From: Methanomassiliicoccaceae archaeon
Lineage (GTDB): Archaea; Thermoplasmatota; Thermoplasmata; Methanomassiliicoccales; Methanomassiliicoccaceae
DNA: 64,000 nt
Direction: 5' to 3'
Assembly (NCBI GenBank): GCA_963728405.1
Contig: CAVSJV010000007.1
Span: forward strand, 305,817 to 369,816
Positions 45,369 to 57,258 of the stretch are shown piece after piece (position 1 is the stretch's first letter; the number at the start of each line of letters is the position of its first letter). The translations under genes were made by a program, and so were the position numbers. The notes beneath the pieces are model-generated. The model saw only the letters and a program-made list of their open reading frames with translations, had not been told where the DNA came from and did no database searches.

Positions 45369-45395
45369 ACATGGTCATGATCAAGGTGATTGAAT

Positions 45396-47594
45396 ATGGG
45401 ACGTAAGGAAGACAACATAGCACGGGCCCAAGCGATCTCGAAGAACCCTGAATTCATCAGGAACATCGGGACCGCAGCCCACATCGACCACGGCAAGACC
45501 ACTTTGAGCGATAACCTCATCGCTGGCGCCGGCATGATGTCTGAGGACCTCGCCGGAAAGCAGCTCATGCTTGATTTCGACGAGCAGGAGCAGGCCCGTG
45601 GTATCACCATCAACGCCGCAAACGCTTCGATGGTGCACAAGTACGGTGGTAAGGAATACCTTATCAACCTCATCGATACCCCTGGTCACGTCGACTTCGG
45701 TGGCGACGTCACTAGGGCAATGAGGGCGCTCGATGGCTGCATCATCCTGGTCTGCGCCGTGGAAGGCATCATGCCTCAGACCGAAACAGTCATCCGGCAG
45801 GCCCTGAAGGAGCGTGTTCGCCCCGTTCTGTTCATCAACAAGGTCGACCGGCTTATCAACGAGCTCAAGGTCACTCCTCAGGAGATGCAGCAGAGGTTCA
45901 CTACCATCATCACCGAGGTCAACCGCCGTATCGCTACCCAGCTGCCCGAACCGCTGAACAAGGAATGGCAGGTCCGGCCTGAGAACGGAAGCGTCGCCTT
46001 CGGCAGTGCATTCCACAACTGGGCCGTTAACGTTCCGTTCATGAAGCGGACCGGGGTCACCTTCAAGGAAGTATACGAATACTGCAAGAACAATGAGCAG
46101 AAGATCTTGGCCAAGAAGTCCCCGGTGCATGAGGTCCTGCTCAATATGGCCATCGAGCATGTCCCCAACCCGCTGGATGCCCAGAAGATCCGTATTCCGG
46201 TCATCTGGAAGGGCGACAAGGAGTCCGAGGTCGGCAAGTCCATGCTGAACTGCGACGCATCTGGCCCGGTCGCACTGATGGTCACCAAGATCATCGTCGA
46301 CCCCCATGCTGGTGAAGTTGCCGTAGGCAGATTGTTCTCCGGAACGGTCACCAGGGGAATGGAGCTTTGGGTGTCGGGCATGCCTAACGTCCAGAAGACT
46401 CAGATCATCGCACTGAGCGTTGGAGCTGACCGTATTCCGATCGACCATATGGAGGCCGGGAACATCGTAGCCGTAGCCGGGCTGAAGGACGCTATGGCCG
46501 GTTCGACCGTTTCTTCTGACAAGGCTATGGAATCGTTCGAGAAGATCACTCACTATTCTGAGCCGGTCGTTACTGTCGCCATCGAGGCGAAGCACATGAA
46601 GGACCTGCCCAAGTTGGTCGAGGTCCTGAGGACCGTGGCCAAGGCCGATCCATCCATCCAGGTCGACATCAACAATGAGACTGGCGAACACCTGCTGTCC
46701 GGCATGGGCGAGCTGCACCTGGAGATCACCACCTATAGGATCGTAAACGACCACAAGGTGGAGATCAAGTCCTCCCCGCCCATCGTGGTGTACAGGGAGC
46801 ATGTCAAGAACAAGAGCCCAGCCTTCGAGGGCAAGTCTCCCAACAAGCACAACCGTTTCTTCGTTGAGGTCTCTCCGCTCGAACAGCCTATACTCGACGC
46901 CATCAAGTCTGGCGAGCTGTCGGTCGAGGGAAAGATCAAGGACGCTAAGGAACTGGCAAGGAAGCTCCAGGACCTAGGCATGGACCGCGAGGAGGCCAGA
47001 GGGGTTGTCATGTTCAAGGACAACAATGTATTCATCGACGGCACCAAGGGTATCCAGTACCTCAACGAGACCATCGAACTGTGCAAGCAGGGATTCGAAG
47101 AGGCCATGAACCTAGGCCCGCTGGCCCAGGAGAAGGTAATGGGCCTCAAGATCAAGCTGGTCGACGCCAAGCTTCACGAGGACTCCATCCACAGGGGCCC
47201 CGCGCAAGTCATTCCCTCGTTCAGGTCCGCTGTCTACGGCGCCATGTGCCTGGGCAACAGGATACTGATGGAGCCTCTAACCAAGATATTCATCAACTGT
47301 CCCGAGTCCGTAATGGGCGACGCTCTGCGCGAACTGCAGCAGAGGCGGGCAGTGATAGAGGATATCCGGCAGGAAGGCGAAGCTACGATCATAGCCGCCA
47401 AAGCACCGGTGGCAGAAATGTTCGGGTTCGCTTCTGCGATCCGCGGTGCCACTCAGGGCCGGGCCCTGTGGTCCACCGAAAACTCCGGGTTCGTTCCAGT
47501 TCCGACCGAAATTCAGACCAAGGTCGTGGAGCAGATCAGGACTAGGAAGGGACTGAAGCCAGAGCCGTACGACGCTGCGTACTATTCGGGTTGA
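45396..47594 (+). CDS. fusA: Elongation factor aEF-2
   Basis: AHIDHGKTT, RGITI, DTPGH, NKVD; diphthamide loop LHEDSIHRGPAQ. Confidence 0.98.
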   Translation: MGRKEDNIARAQAISKNPEFIRNIGTAAHIDHGKTTLSDNLIAGAGMMSEDLAGKQLMLDFDEQEQARGITINAANASMVHKYGGKEYLINLIDTPGHVDFGGDVTRAMRALDGCIILVCAVEGIMPQTETVIRQALKERVRPVLFINKVDRLINELKVTPQEMQQRFTTIITEVNRRIATQLPEPLNKEWQVRPENGSVAFGSAFHNWAVNVPFMKRTGVTFKEVYEYCKNNEQKILAKKSPVHEVLLNMAIEHVPNPLDAQKIRIPVIWKGDKESEVGKSMLNCDASGPVALMVTKIIVDPHAGEVAVGRLFSGTVTRGMELWVSGMPNVQKTQIIALSVGADRIPIDHMEAGNIVAVAGLKDAMAGSTVSSDKAMESFEKITHYSEPVVTVAIEAKHMKDLPKLVEVLRTVAKADPSIQVDINNETGEHLLSGMGELHLEITTYRIVNDHKVEIKSSPPIVVYREHVKNKSPAFEGKSPNKHNRFFVEVSPLEQPILDAIKSGELSVEGKIKDAKELARKLQDLGMDREEARGVVMFKDNNVFIDGTKGIQYLNETIELCKQGFEEAMNLGPLAQEKVMGLKIKLVDAKLHEDSIHRGPAQVIPSFRSAVYGAMCLGNRILMEPLTKIFINCPESVMGDALRELQQRRAVIEDIRQEGEATIIAAKAPVAEMFGFASAIRGATQGRALWSTENSGFVPVPTEIQTKVVEQIRTRKGLKPEPYDAAYYSG

Positions 47595-47676
47595 AGAGTG
47601 AATAACCGTTAAATACGAAAAACGGTATGGAGTAAAAAGTAGAACTAAAGTATATATAAATGTAGGAGGCAGAAAA

Positions 47677-48954
47677 ATGGCAGAAAAACCACACTTGAAT
47701 CTGGTCTTTATCGGTCACGTTGACCACGGCAAGTCCACCTCCGTAGGCAGGATGCTTGCCGACACTGGTAACGTAGATGCGTACCTAATCGAGAAGTACA
47801 AGAAGCAGGCTGAGGAGAAGGGAAAAGCAACCTTCGAGTTCGCCTGGGTCATGGACTCTCTGAAGGAAGAGAGGGAGAGGGGAGTAACCATCGATGTTGC
47901 CCACAAGCGGTTCAACACCGACAAGTACTACTTCACCGTCATTGACGCTCCCGGTCACCGTGACTTCGTCAAGAACATGATCACTGGTACCTCCCAAGCC
48001 GATGCCGCCGTTCTGGTCGTATCCGCTATCGAGGGGCCCCAGGCCCAGACCAAGGAGCACATCTTCCTGGCTAGGACCCTAGGTGTAAAGCAGGTTATCG
48101 TCGGTCTGAACAAGATGGACGCTACCAAGCCCGCCTGGTCCGAGCAGAGGTACAATGAGGTCAAGGCCGAGGTCAGCAAGATCCTGAAGTCCATCGGCTA
48201 CAAGCCCGACGATGTCCCCTTCGTTCCGTACTCCGCTTACAAGGGCGACAACGCGACCAAGGTATCCACCAACATGCCGTGGTACAAGGGTCCGACATTG
48301 CTCGACGCCCTGAACAATCTGAAGGAGCCCGCGAAGGCCACTAACCTGCCGCTCAGGGTACCCATCCAGGATGTCTATACTATCACTGGTATCGGAACTG
48401 TCCCAGTAGGGCGTGTCGAGTGCGGTGTCCTAAAGCCGGATATGAAGGTCATGTTCGAGCCCGCCCACGTCGTCGGTGAGGTCAAGAGCGTTGAGATGCA
48501 CCATGAACAGATGCCCGCCGCCTATCCTGGCGACAACGTCGGTTTCAACGTCCGTGGTATCGCCAAGAACGATGTGAAGAGGGGAGATGTAGCCGGTCCG
48601 ATCGATCATCCCCCATGTGTGGCCAAGTCCTTCGTCGCTCAGATCATGGTCCTGAACCACCCCTCGGTCATCACCGTCGGATACACCCCGGTGTTCCACA
48701 TCCACACCGCTCAGGTTGCCTGTACCTTCCTGGAGCTCCAGAAGAAGCTGGACCCCGCCACCGGCGCAACCAAGGAAGAGAACCCTCAGTTCTTGAAGAC
48801 CGGCGATGCCGCCATCGTCAAAATCCAGCCATCCAGACCAATGGTCATCGAGAAGGCCAAGGAGTTCCCCCAGTTGGGCAGGTTCGCGATCCGTGATATG
48901 GGCCAGACCGTCGCGGCCGGTATCTGTCTCGATGTCGAGAAGAGGGAGCAGTAA
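47677..48954 (+). CDS. tuf: Elongation factor aEF-1 alpha
   Basis: [32 protein letters not shown]. Confidence 0.98.
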   Translation: MAEKPHLNLVFIGHVDHGKSTSVGRMLADTGNVDAYLIEKYKKQAEEKGKATFEFAWVMDSLKEERERGVTIDVAHKRFNTDKYYFTVIDAPGHRDFVKNMITGTSQADAAVLVVSAIEGPQAQTKEHIFLARTLGVKQVIVGLNKMDATKPAWSEQRYNEVKAEVSKILKSIGYKPDDVPFVPYSAYKGDNATKVSTNMPWYKGPTLLDALNNLKEPAKATNLPLRVPIQDVYTITGIGTVPVGRVECGVLKPDMKVMFEPAHVVGEVKSVEMHHEQMPAAYPGDNVGFNVRGIAKNDVKRGDVAGPIDHPPCVAKSFVAQIMVLNHPSVITVGYTPVFHIHTAQVACTFLELQKKLDPATGATKEENPQFLKTGDAAIVKIQPSRPMVIEKAKEFPQLGRFAIRDMGQTVAAGICLDVEKREQ

Positions 48955-48989
48955 ACCACTTTCATCCCAAACTTTTTGGGGACTTACAT

Positions 48990-49301
48990 ATGGCACAGAG
49001 AGCAAGGATTTCGCTAAGCGGCACTGACCCAAAGAAGGTCGACAGCGTCTGCGGACAGATAAAGTCGATCTCCCAGAGGACCGGCGTCGCCATCCGCGGA
49101 CCCATCCCCCTGCCCACCAAGCGATTGGTGGTCCCGGTCAGGAAGAGCCCCGACGGAGAAGGCTCGGAGACATGGGACCGATGGGAGATGCGCATCCACA
49201 AGCGTCTGATCGATCTAGACGCTGACGAGCGCGCCCTCCGGCAGCTCATGAGGATCCAGGTCCCTGACGGCGTCAACATCGAGATCGTCCTCAGGTCCTA
49301 A
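48990..49301 (+). CDS. rps10: 30S ribosomal protein S10
   Basis: [23 protein letters not shown]. Confidence 0.98.
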   Translation: MAQRARISLSGTDPKKVDSVCGQIKSISQRTGVAIRGPIPLPTKRLVVPVRKSPDGEGSETWDRWEMRIHKRLIDLDADERALRQLMRIQVPDGVNIEIVLRS

Positions 49302-49530
49302 GCGGGAAACGACTTATACAAACCATTTCTAGTTAATCCATTTTTTAGCTGTTTTGCCTGAACTGTGAACAATCCTATTTTGTGCTCGGGCAACAACGGT
49401 CCGCTCAATGCCCTGACACGAGGGACGGAGGGAGATCGACTCCTCCTCGGTTCCCGAGAACTCCTCTCGAGCTCATGCATTGTAGCGTGTTAATCCGAGA
49501 TTCAAAAAAGAATATGGCGGGAAGGCGTTT

Positions 49531-49758
49531 CTAGAGTTTAGCGATGCGGTCAGCGAGCTGTTTGGCCTTGTCCTTGCCGATAAGCAGGCCGGCCGAGGTA
49601 TTCACCCATTTGGCCAGATCTGGCAATTGTGACCTTTCCAGGTTGTCGAAGTCCAGGCCGCCCATGTGGGCCCTGGTCTGCCTCTCAAGGAAGGCCTTGG
49701 ACGATGGCCCTATGTATTCGGTGGTCATCTTGAGCACAGTGTCCGAATAGGTCGACAT
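49531..49758 (-). CDS. Small helical hypothetical protein
   Basis: 75 aa; YIGPSSKAFLERQ; starts 4 nt after the HAMP gene. Confidence 0.7.
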   Translation of the reverse strand: MSTYSDTVLKMTTEYIGPSSKAFLERQTRAHMGGLDFDNLERSQLPDLAKWVNTSAGLLIGKDKAKQLADRIAKL

Positions 49759-49762
49759 GGGC

Positions 49763-50614
49763 TCACTTCTGTTCCTTATCGGCCGCCTCGGCCTCTTTCA
49801 GCGCTGCTTCGTCCTCCTGGCGCATCAGCATTTCGAACTTCAGGCTGGCGATCATGCGGGAGAATGAATCTCCCAGCTCTCCGATCTCATCCTTGCGCTT
49901 CATGTTGACCTCGGCGGTCATGTCGCCCTTGCTGATCTTCTCCGCGGCTTGGTTCAGCTTCTTGATGTCCCTGATAATAGTAAGGGAGAGGAGGCCCACG
50001 ATGACCGCGGCAAATAGCACCCCGACGGCCATGATGATGTAGATAGTGTTGCCGATGAAGTTCTGACGATCGATCACTGCGTCTGCGTTCATGTCGACAC
50101 CGAGGACGCCCACGGTGTTACCGGAACCATCTTTTATTGGCGCATATCCTGATAGAAAGCTTCCCCAGCTATCTGAATAGATCTGGTCAGAGACCGTCGG
50201 TTCGACCTGAGCGCCTACGATCTTATCAAGGTCCGGGGATGTGTACGATTCAGCGATCTCCGCGGGGCGGTCATCAGCATCGTCGGCGATGAATGTCAGA
50301 GCTGTTCCGTTGACCGCGAAGATGTAGCAGTTCGTAACCATGCTGCTCATGTTCCTCATCAACCGAAGCTGGGAGATGAGCTCCTGGTATTGGGTGGTGT
50401 TCTCATCACCAGGCTGAATGTTCATTATCGTAGTGGCATCGATCTCAGAAGCCATCGTTCCAGATATTTCCTTCAGAGTGTCCTGGGTCGAATCTAAGAG
50501 GGCCTTCTTGGTCTCCCCATAAGTATAGAGGAATGACATCCCGGAGATCGCGATGACCAGCACTACAAAGCTCACTACGAGTTTGGTGTTCAGACTATTA
50601 TAGATCTTGACCAT
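49763..50614 (-). CDS. Membrane sensor: TM-Cache-like-TM-HAMP with no output domain
   Basis: WGSFLSGYAPIKD..G..VGVLGVD; HAMP ISKGD..DEIGELGDSF; short charged tail. Confidence 0.85.
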   Translation of the reverse strand: MVKIYNSLNTKLVVSFVVLVIAISGMSFLYTYGETKKALLDSTQDTLKEISGTMASEIDATTIMNIQPGDENTTQYQELISQLRLMRNMSSMVTNCYIFAVNGTALTFIADDADDRPAEIAESYTSPDLDKIVGAQVEPTVSDQIYSDSWGSFLSGYAPIKDGSGNTVGVLGVDMNADAVIDRQNFIGNTIYIIMAVGVLFAAVIVGLLSLTIIRDIKKLNQAAEKISKGDMTAEVNMKRKDEIGELGDSFSRMIASLKFEMLMRQEDEAALKEAEAADKEQK

Positions 50615-50764
50615 TCACGCTCACCATAATCAGACAACGATTTGAATTTAATATGAATTATAAAAGAATCCCCTCCCATTATCAAAATAGGAATGGAGAA
50701 CGTTGCTGGCCGGTGATTATACGACACCCTTTTTAAGCTGAAGTATCATCTCAGCGGCGAGAAG

Positions 50765-52413
50765 ATGAGGAGCGATCAGATTAAAAAAGGGCTCGACAAG
50801 GCGCCTAGTAGGAGCCTGCTCCGGGCATCGGGGGTCAGCGCTGAGGATATGCCCAAGCCGTTCATCGGTATAGCGAACTCCTGGAACGATGTGATTCCCG
50901 GTCACGTCCACTTGAACCAATTAGTGGAAGAGGTCAAGCGGGGGATAACCGAAGCGGGTGGAGTGCCGTTCGTCTTCGGCGTTCCTGGGGTCTGCGATGG
51001 GATCGCCATGGGCCACTCCGGCATGCGCTTCTCCCTACCTTCACGGGAAACGATCGCCGATTGCGTCGAGCTCATGGACAACGCCCATATGTTCGACGGC
51101 TGGGTCGGGGTCACCAATTGCGATAAGATCACCCCAGGTATGCTCATGGCCGCCGGTCGCCTGGACATTCCGGCGCTCATCCTGACCGGCGGGCCGATGG
51201 AGGGTGGCCACATGGACGGCAAGAGCGTGGACCTCCAGAGCGTTTTCGAGGCCCTGGGCGAATATGCCGCTGGCAAGATCTCTGAGGACGACATGTTCTC
51301 AAGGTGGAGAGCTGCGCCTGCCCGGGAGAGGGTTCCTGCTCCGGCCTGTTCACCGCCAACACCATGTCCTGCCTCACCGAGGCCATGGGCATGAGCCTGG
51401 TGGGCTGCGGTACGTCCCTTGCCGTTGGCCGCAAGAAGAAAGAGATCGCCCGAGCGACCGGCCGGCGCATCGTGGAGCTGGTCGGTCATCAAGTAACTCC
51501 GAGACGTCAAGTGACCAAGGGCTCCTTCGTCAATGCCATCAAAGTGGACATGGCCATCGGAGGATCGACCAACACAGCGTTGCACATCCCGGCCATAGCC
51601 TACGAGTTCGGCATCAAGGTGGACCTGTCGACCTTCGATGAGGTATCCAGGGAGATCAATCATATCACCTCCATTCGCCCCTCCGGCCCCTATCAGATGG
51701 CCGACCTGGAGCGGGCTGGCGGGGTGCCAGCCATTCTCAAGCGCCTTAAGGACAAGCTCTCCGATGAGAGCACCGCGTCCGGGAAGACCATCTACGAGAT
51801 CATCGAAGAGGCCCAAATATTGGACGCGGAGGTCATCAGGCCGCTGGACAACCCTTTCCATAAGCAGGGCGGGATCGCCGTGCTGTACGGGAACCTGGCG
51901 CCGGAAGGATCGGTCATTAAGCAGGCCGCGGTTTCCCCCAAGATGATGAAGTTCACGGGAGTGGCCAAGGTCTTCAACTCTGAGGGAGAGGCCATGGAGG
52001 CCATCACTCGCAAGAGCATCGTCAAAGGGGATGTCGTGGTCATCCGCTACGAAGGCCCCAAGGGCGGGCCAGGGATGCCCGAGATGCTCTCTCCCACCAG
52101 CCTGATCTCAGGAATGGGCCTCTCCGATGACGTCGCCCTTATCACCGATGGCCGGTTCTCCGGCGCTACCAGAGGGCCGTGCGTCGGCCATGTATCTCCG
52201 GAAGCGTATGCCAAAGGGCCGATCGCTGCAGTGAGGGACGGGGACAGTATCACCATCGACATCCCTGCCCGCAAGCTCCAGCTCGAGATATCCGACGCCG
52301 AGATGAGCAGGCGCCTTTCCGAGGTCCAGATCGTGGACCGGCCGGTCTCCGGCATCCTGGCCAAGTACCGGAAGCTGGTCACCAGTGCGGCCCAGGGCGC
52401 CGTGGCGAAGTGA
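50765..52413 (+). CDS. ilvD: Dihydroxy-acid dehydratase; frameshift near 51297
   Basis: [41 protein letters not shown]. Confidence 0.93.
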
Positions 52414-52555
52414 ACATGGATCACGGCCTCTCTGTTCGTTCCCTGGAACGAGGTCGCCCCTTCGGGGCGGTCCCCCTTCCCTTTTTTTAAAAAATCGATG
52501 GGCCGAGCTGAAAACGATTTATCTCCTCGACACCGTAGCATGGTAGAGGTGCTGG

Positions 52556-53098
52556 ATGAACCCGTATGGAGTTTTAACGCCCCCGGTCAACGGGAATGAT
52601 CACACTCGCGGCCGAGTAGATGCTCCGGTCGCTATGGTGCAATATGGCGACTTCGAATGCCCCTACAGCGGCAAGGCCTTCCTGACGGTCAAGAGGCTTC
52701 AGGAATCAATGTCGAATGACTTCATGTTCGTCTACCGGCACTTCCCGATCCTTCCGAAGCATAAGCACGCTCAGCAGGCCGCTGAGGCCTCGGAAGCCGC
52801 GGCCGCCCAGGGTGGGTTCTGGGAGTACCATGATGTTCTATATCAGCATCAGGAGGAACTGGCCGAGGCGGATCTGGTCAGGTATGCCCGTGACCTAGGT
52901 CTTGACACTGATCTGTTCAAGCGGCAGCTGGCCGGGAGGGTGTTCGAAGCGAGGGTGAGAGAGGACCAGCGGGGCGGTGAGGAGAGCGGGGTGTATGGCA
53001 CCCCGACCTTCTTCATCAATGGCACCATCTACGAGGGCTACTACGAGTACCGTGAGCTTTACGAGGCTTTGATCAAGGGGATCAGAGCGAAGAAATGA
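52556..53098 (+). CDS. DsbA/BdbD-like thioredoxin-fold protein (CxxS)
   Basis: YGDFECPYS, YRHFP, GTPTFFING. Confidence 0.85.
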   Translation: MNPYGVLTPPVNGNDHTRGRVDAPVAMVQYGDFECPYSGKAFLTVKRLQESMSNDFMFVYRHFPILPKHKHAQQAAEASEAAAAQGGFWEYHDVLYQHQEELAEADLVRYARDLGLDTDLFKRQLAGRVFEARVREDQRGGEESGVYGTPTFFINGTIYEGYYEYRELYEALIKGIRAKK

Positions 53099-53151
53099 TG
53101 CTGGACCGCACAATAATCTATTTATCTGACGGGGCGTTACGAGTCAGCAAA

Positions 53152-53225
53152 GGGCCGATAGATCAGCTCGGAAGATCGCGTGATTTGCAATCACGAGGCC
53201 TCGGGTTCAAATCCCGATCGGTCCA
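53152..53225 (+). tRNA. tRNA-Ala(TGC); integration target
   Basis: Cloverleaf with G3:U70; CGTGA-TTTGCAA-TCACG. Confidence 0.95.
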
Positions 53226-53228
53226 CTC

Positions 53229-54243
53229 CTAACTATATCCAGTGTTATCAAATTCTTTTTCAATAACGGGGGTCTGTGCATTATGTACCGGCCGGTCCTT
53301 CCATGCGTTCTTGAGCCGCTTGCCCGCCACGCCCTCCTCCATGCGATAATAGGAGCGTTGGGTCGTAGCAAGGTTCCTATGCCTCAGTTGTGCCGACATC
53401 GCCGGTAATAGGCTCATGTCCCCGTTCACCGTCATCGATGTGAGGGTGGAACGGAAATCCTTGAGCTTGAAGTCCACACCCGACGCCTTCTCCACCTCGG
53501 TCTTGATTTCATTGAAGGCGTTGGGTGAGTAAAATTCGCCGTCCTTGCGGTTTAAGTTCGGGAATAGGGCGGCGGTCTTGCTCTTTCCATTTTCGCTAAG
53601 GTATTCTTTCCTTTCTTCCACATACCGTTGGAGCTATCGGCAACATGTCCGGTCGGATGATGTCCACCCACTCTGGGGACGCCCAGGAACCCTCGCCCTT
53701 GGGGTGGCGGACGAAGAACCGCTCCTTCACTAGGTCCAGGTCCTCTATTTGGGCAAGACGGACCTCTTTTGGCCTAGTGGCGGTGGCGAAGCACAGGGCG
53801 ATCATCCCCCTGGCCACGGACCCATGCCATTCGGGCATTGTCCGCAGGGTAGTGAAGATGGTTTCCAGGTCCTCGTCGTCGATGACCCGGATAGGCTTCT
53901 TGTTGGGCTTGGGGAAGCGGATGCCATCGGCCTTCATCTCTAACAGTACATGGTTCTTCCACACCTTGAGGAAGTTGCCCAGGTACTGAAAATATTTAGC
54001 CTGGCCGGTAGGGTCTAGCCCCTGGCGTTTCATCCACGCCCAGAATTCCTGGATGTCCCTCCGTCGTAGCTGTCGGGGGTCAGTGGACACTATCCTACCT
54101 TCGGCCTTCAGGCCTTCGAAGATGCCCGCTAGCATGCGGAGCTTGCGTTCCTCCTCGATGTATGTGGAATCGGCCACCGTTCCAAATCTCCTTTTCAGGT
54201 AGGGTTTAATGGCGGCGGTGAAGGGGAAGCGACCGAGCTTCAT
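53229..54243 (-). CDS. Tyrosine integrase; one frameshift near 53635
   Basis: ATATRPKE (R), HPKG (K), KDFR, LRH, RSYY (Y). Confidence 0.88.
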
Positions 54244-54325
54244 CCTCTCCACCTCGTCGGCGTTGAGGCTCTTTTTGTTACCAGAAGAGCACCCATTACG
54301 ACGATGGCCGCCGGGGGTCATCTAG

Positions 54326-57236
54326 CTATCCCCTTGTTTCCTCTAAATCGGCCTTGGATTCACGGTCGCCCGCTAGATCATCCGCCGTTCCAGTCGAAAC
54401 GGCCGTCGGAGCTTTTACCAGGGAGGCCTTGGGGTCGAGGAGCTTTTCTCTCAATCCATCAATAACCATGGTCGCCTTCCCGTCGGGAAGTTGGGATAGC
54501 GTAGCGGAGAGGGCTGCTAGTTCCCTATCCAGTATCTGCTTACCTTCCTCAGAATCCATCCCAACCAGGAGTTGGGACGCGGTTAGGACATCGAGCGGCG
54601 GCCCAGTGCGGTACCATAGGTGGCGGTCGTCCTCACTCCGTCGCCAGGTAGCCATATCCCGTTGCGAGAGTTGACCGAGATAGTTCAGGACGGTCTTGTC
54701 GGAGCAATGGCGGCCGGTTCGTTCATTGTACAACCGCGTGACCTCTTCGAGCTCGAGTCCCTCGCCAACATGGCCCGTGTCCTCCGACAGGACACCGTAA
54801 AGGTCGATATGGCGACGCGGTAGGCCGGTGGTCTTGTTCCCCGAGGCCCAGGCCCACAGCCCGGCCGCCTCGATGTTATCGGCGTAGGTGGCGAAGATGA
54901 TCTTACTCCCGTCCGGTAAGGGGACGATGAAGCGGCCGTAACGGTTGGCGAAAGCGACGGCGGCGACTATTTTGTGAAACATTGGCAGGGTGTTACGCGC
55001 CTTCGAATCGTCAGAGCTTATGCGGATGTGTCGAACGAACATATTGCAGACGGTGAAGTTCCGCTCGGACAGGATGAGCTCGAGCAACCGGCGCGCTTGT
55101 GGTATTCTCGAAGTGCCCTTCTTGAACAGCCCGATGGTGACCTCCGCACATTGAAAGTCAAGAATCTTGGCGGTCTGCCCAAGGGACTCGTCCGGGTTGA
55201 TTATCAGTGGCCGGTTGGTCAATTGTCGTTCGGTGTCTTCGATGACCTCGGCGGAGGTGGACCAGATAACCGGAACGCCCTCCAGCTTCTGTTCCTTGGA
55301 CCGCTTGCGATCGTCCAGGGTCCAGTGCATCGCCCCGGTCGAACCGTTCGATTGCAGCTGTTTCAGCATGTTCTTTGTGCCGTCATCCTGATCGGCCAGC
55401 TCGTCCAGGAACATGATCTTGCCGTCCAGGAACCGGCTATTGTCGAGCTTCTCGGCCATACCGTATAGGGCTTTGGCGCTCATGCTCGCCAGGTCAAAGA
55501 ACAGGTCCGGGAAGAGCTTGGAGCCAATGGACCGCATGGCGTAGGACTTGCCGCTCTGCGAGTCGCCCACGGCCAGGATGTGGTTCTGACCGCCCTTTAG
55601 GCCGGTGGACAACGCGGAGAAGATGAGTATCCTCCTCACCTCGGCTCACCAGCGAGGAACTCGTCGATGGCCTCGTCAACGACGGCCATCCACCGACCGT
55701 CGCGTAGGAGCTCGAGCTCCTCCCCTTCCGGCGGTTTCATCGGCACGGGCCTGGCCTCCGCATTGGCGGCGCGAAAAGGGGCAATCGGGGGCGCAATACC
55801 GTTGTAAGAAAGTCTCATCCCGGTGGTGCCGAACATAGTTGCACGCCTGGACCGCCAACTCCGGGTTCGTTTCGCCGTTGTACACGCTTCGCAGGGTCGC
55901 CCGATTCTCGTGCCCCTGTCCCTCGGTGCTGTTCTCACAGTGGTCGGAGAACTGAATCCATGAGGGCTTCGGCCTGTTCTAAGGGCATCTTAACCTCCCG
56001 CATGAGCGTCGCCAGGCGTAGCGCATCCTCGTGCCGCATTCCCTCTGCCCCACCGGTCTCCACCATACCGGCAATACACCCTACCGAAACTGGAGAGGTA
56101 CCGCTGATGGCGGCGGGTATCGACCTATTTACCTTCTTATCCAGGTCCTCTCCCATTTGCTCGAAAATCTCATCTTGGAACGCGGTCCAATGATTGAGCT
56201 TCGGCTGATAGATAGGTATGATGAGCCTCTGCCCTGTCGGGTCAAGAGTTTTAGTCCGGCCGTTGTCCCGTATGCACCCGGCCATGCGTATCAATGCGCC
56301 CTTGCCGTTGGCGCTCCACCCCACAGGGGCGGGGTCCATTCCTTCCTTACCCGAGGACAGGACTGGTAGTTCACCCTCCTCCACCATCCGGTTGAAGAAG
56401 TAAAGGCGGATGAACCTCCACAGGTCGTATGGCCCCTTTGGGTGCAACGCGTTGTAGCGCTCAATCTTCTCGGCGATGCGTTCGGGCACCGTCACCTCCG
56501 GGTCGAGGAAGAAGTGCAGATGGTGGCCCTTTCCGCCGGTCGGTAGGTCGTAGTAGGTCCACCCCCACCCGTCGAGGACGGCCTTGGCATGGTCCAGATG
56601 CGTCCTCAGGGTCGCTGCGTCCCTGATGTCGAAGTCAAGGATAACCTCGTTGCTCAGGATGGTGCGGGCAGCGTAGGGGCCGGATGCGATGACCTCGAAT
56701 TCCTCTGTGGTCATGGACTTGAGCGGACCGAAGGGGCGGCGCCCCACTCCTGGCGGTAACCATTTCATCAGTGGAGCGAGGTCGACCCGACGGTCCTCGG
56801 ACATATCGACACCGGGAAGGACCAGGGTCGCTAGTATGGGCCGTTTGGTCATTAGGCCCAAGGTCCACAACCAAGGCTCTTGGCGTTCCCGGATCGGGTC
56901 AAGGTGATTGGGCTTCTGTCCTCCTTCAAGTGGAGGGAGCCGCCCGGTGCGGCGTAGTTCATCGCCCAACTTTTCTACTTGACGGCCCGCCTCTTTGAGG
57001 ACGGCGCGGTCCTCCGAACTGCGCGGTGGGCGGTTTAAGAGGTCCCGGTGCGCCACCACCTCCGGCTCCGTCTGCCCAGGGCGGAGGATGGTGAGAATCG
57101 AGCGACCGTGGTAATCGAGGTGGGCGGTGATACGAAGGACCCGGGCAGGAGAGCTCGAGCTCGCCTTCGGGGTGGGTCGCTCCCTCGGCTCTATTTGCGA
57201 ATCTGGCTTTCGCTCATCATCATAGTCTTCGAGCAA
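54326..57236 (-). CDS. Probable fused AEP primase / PriCT-like / AAA+ helicase replication protein (~970 aa, three indels)
   Basis: LDFD and TGGKGHHLH (AEP); EGMRHED and Cys cluster; Walker A GDSQSGKS, Walker B FLDE, C-terminal wHTH. Confidence 0.72.
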
Positions 57237-57258
57237 ATGAAAACCTCCTTATCGCTAT

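Noticed and set aside
45381-46850. 489-aa antisense ORF (also 40389-41420 and 50902-51861)
   Set aside because: Shadow ORFs of GC3-rich conserved genes
51285-51310. Programmed frameshifting in ilvD (and in nnr near 3657)
   Set aside because: No slippery heptamer or stimulatory structure; the window-wide indel noise explains it
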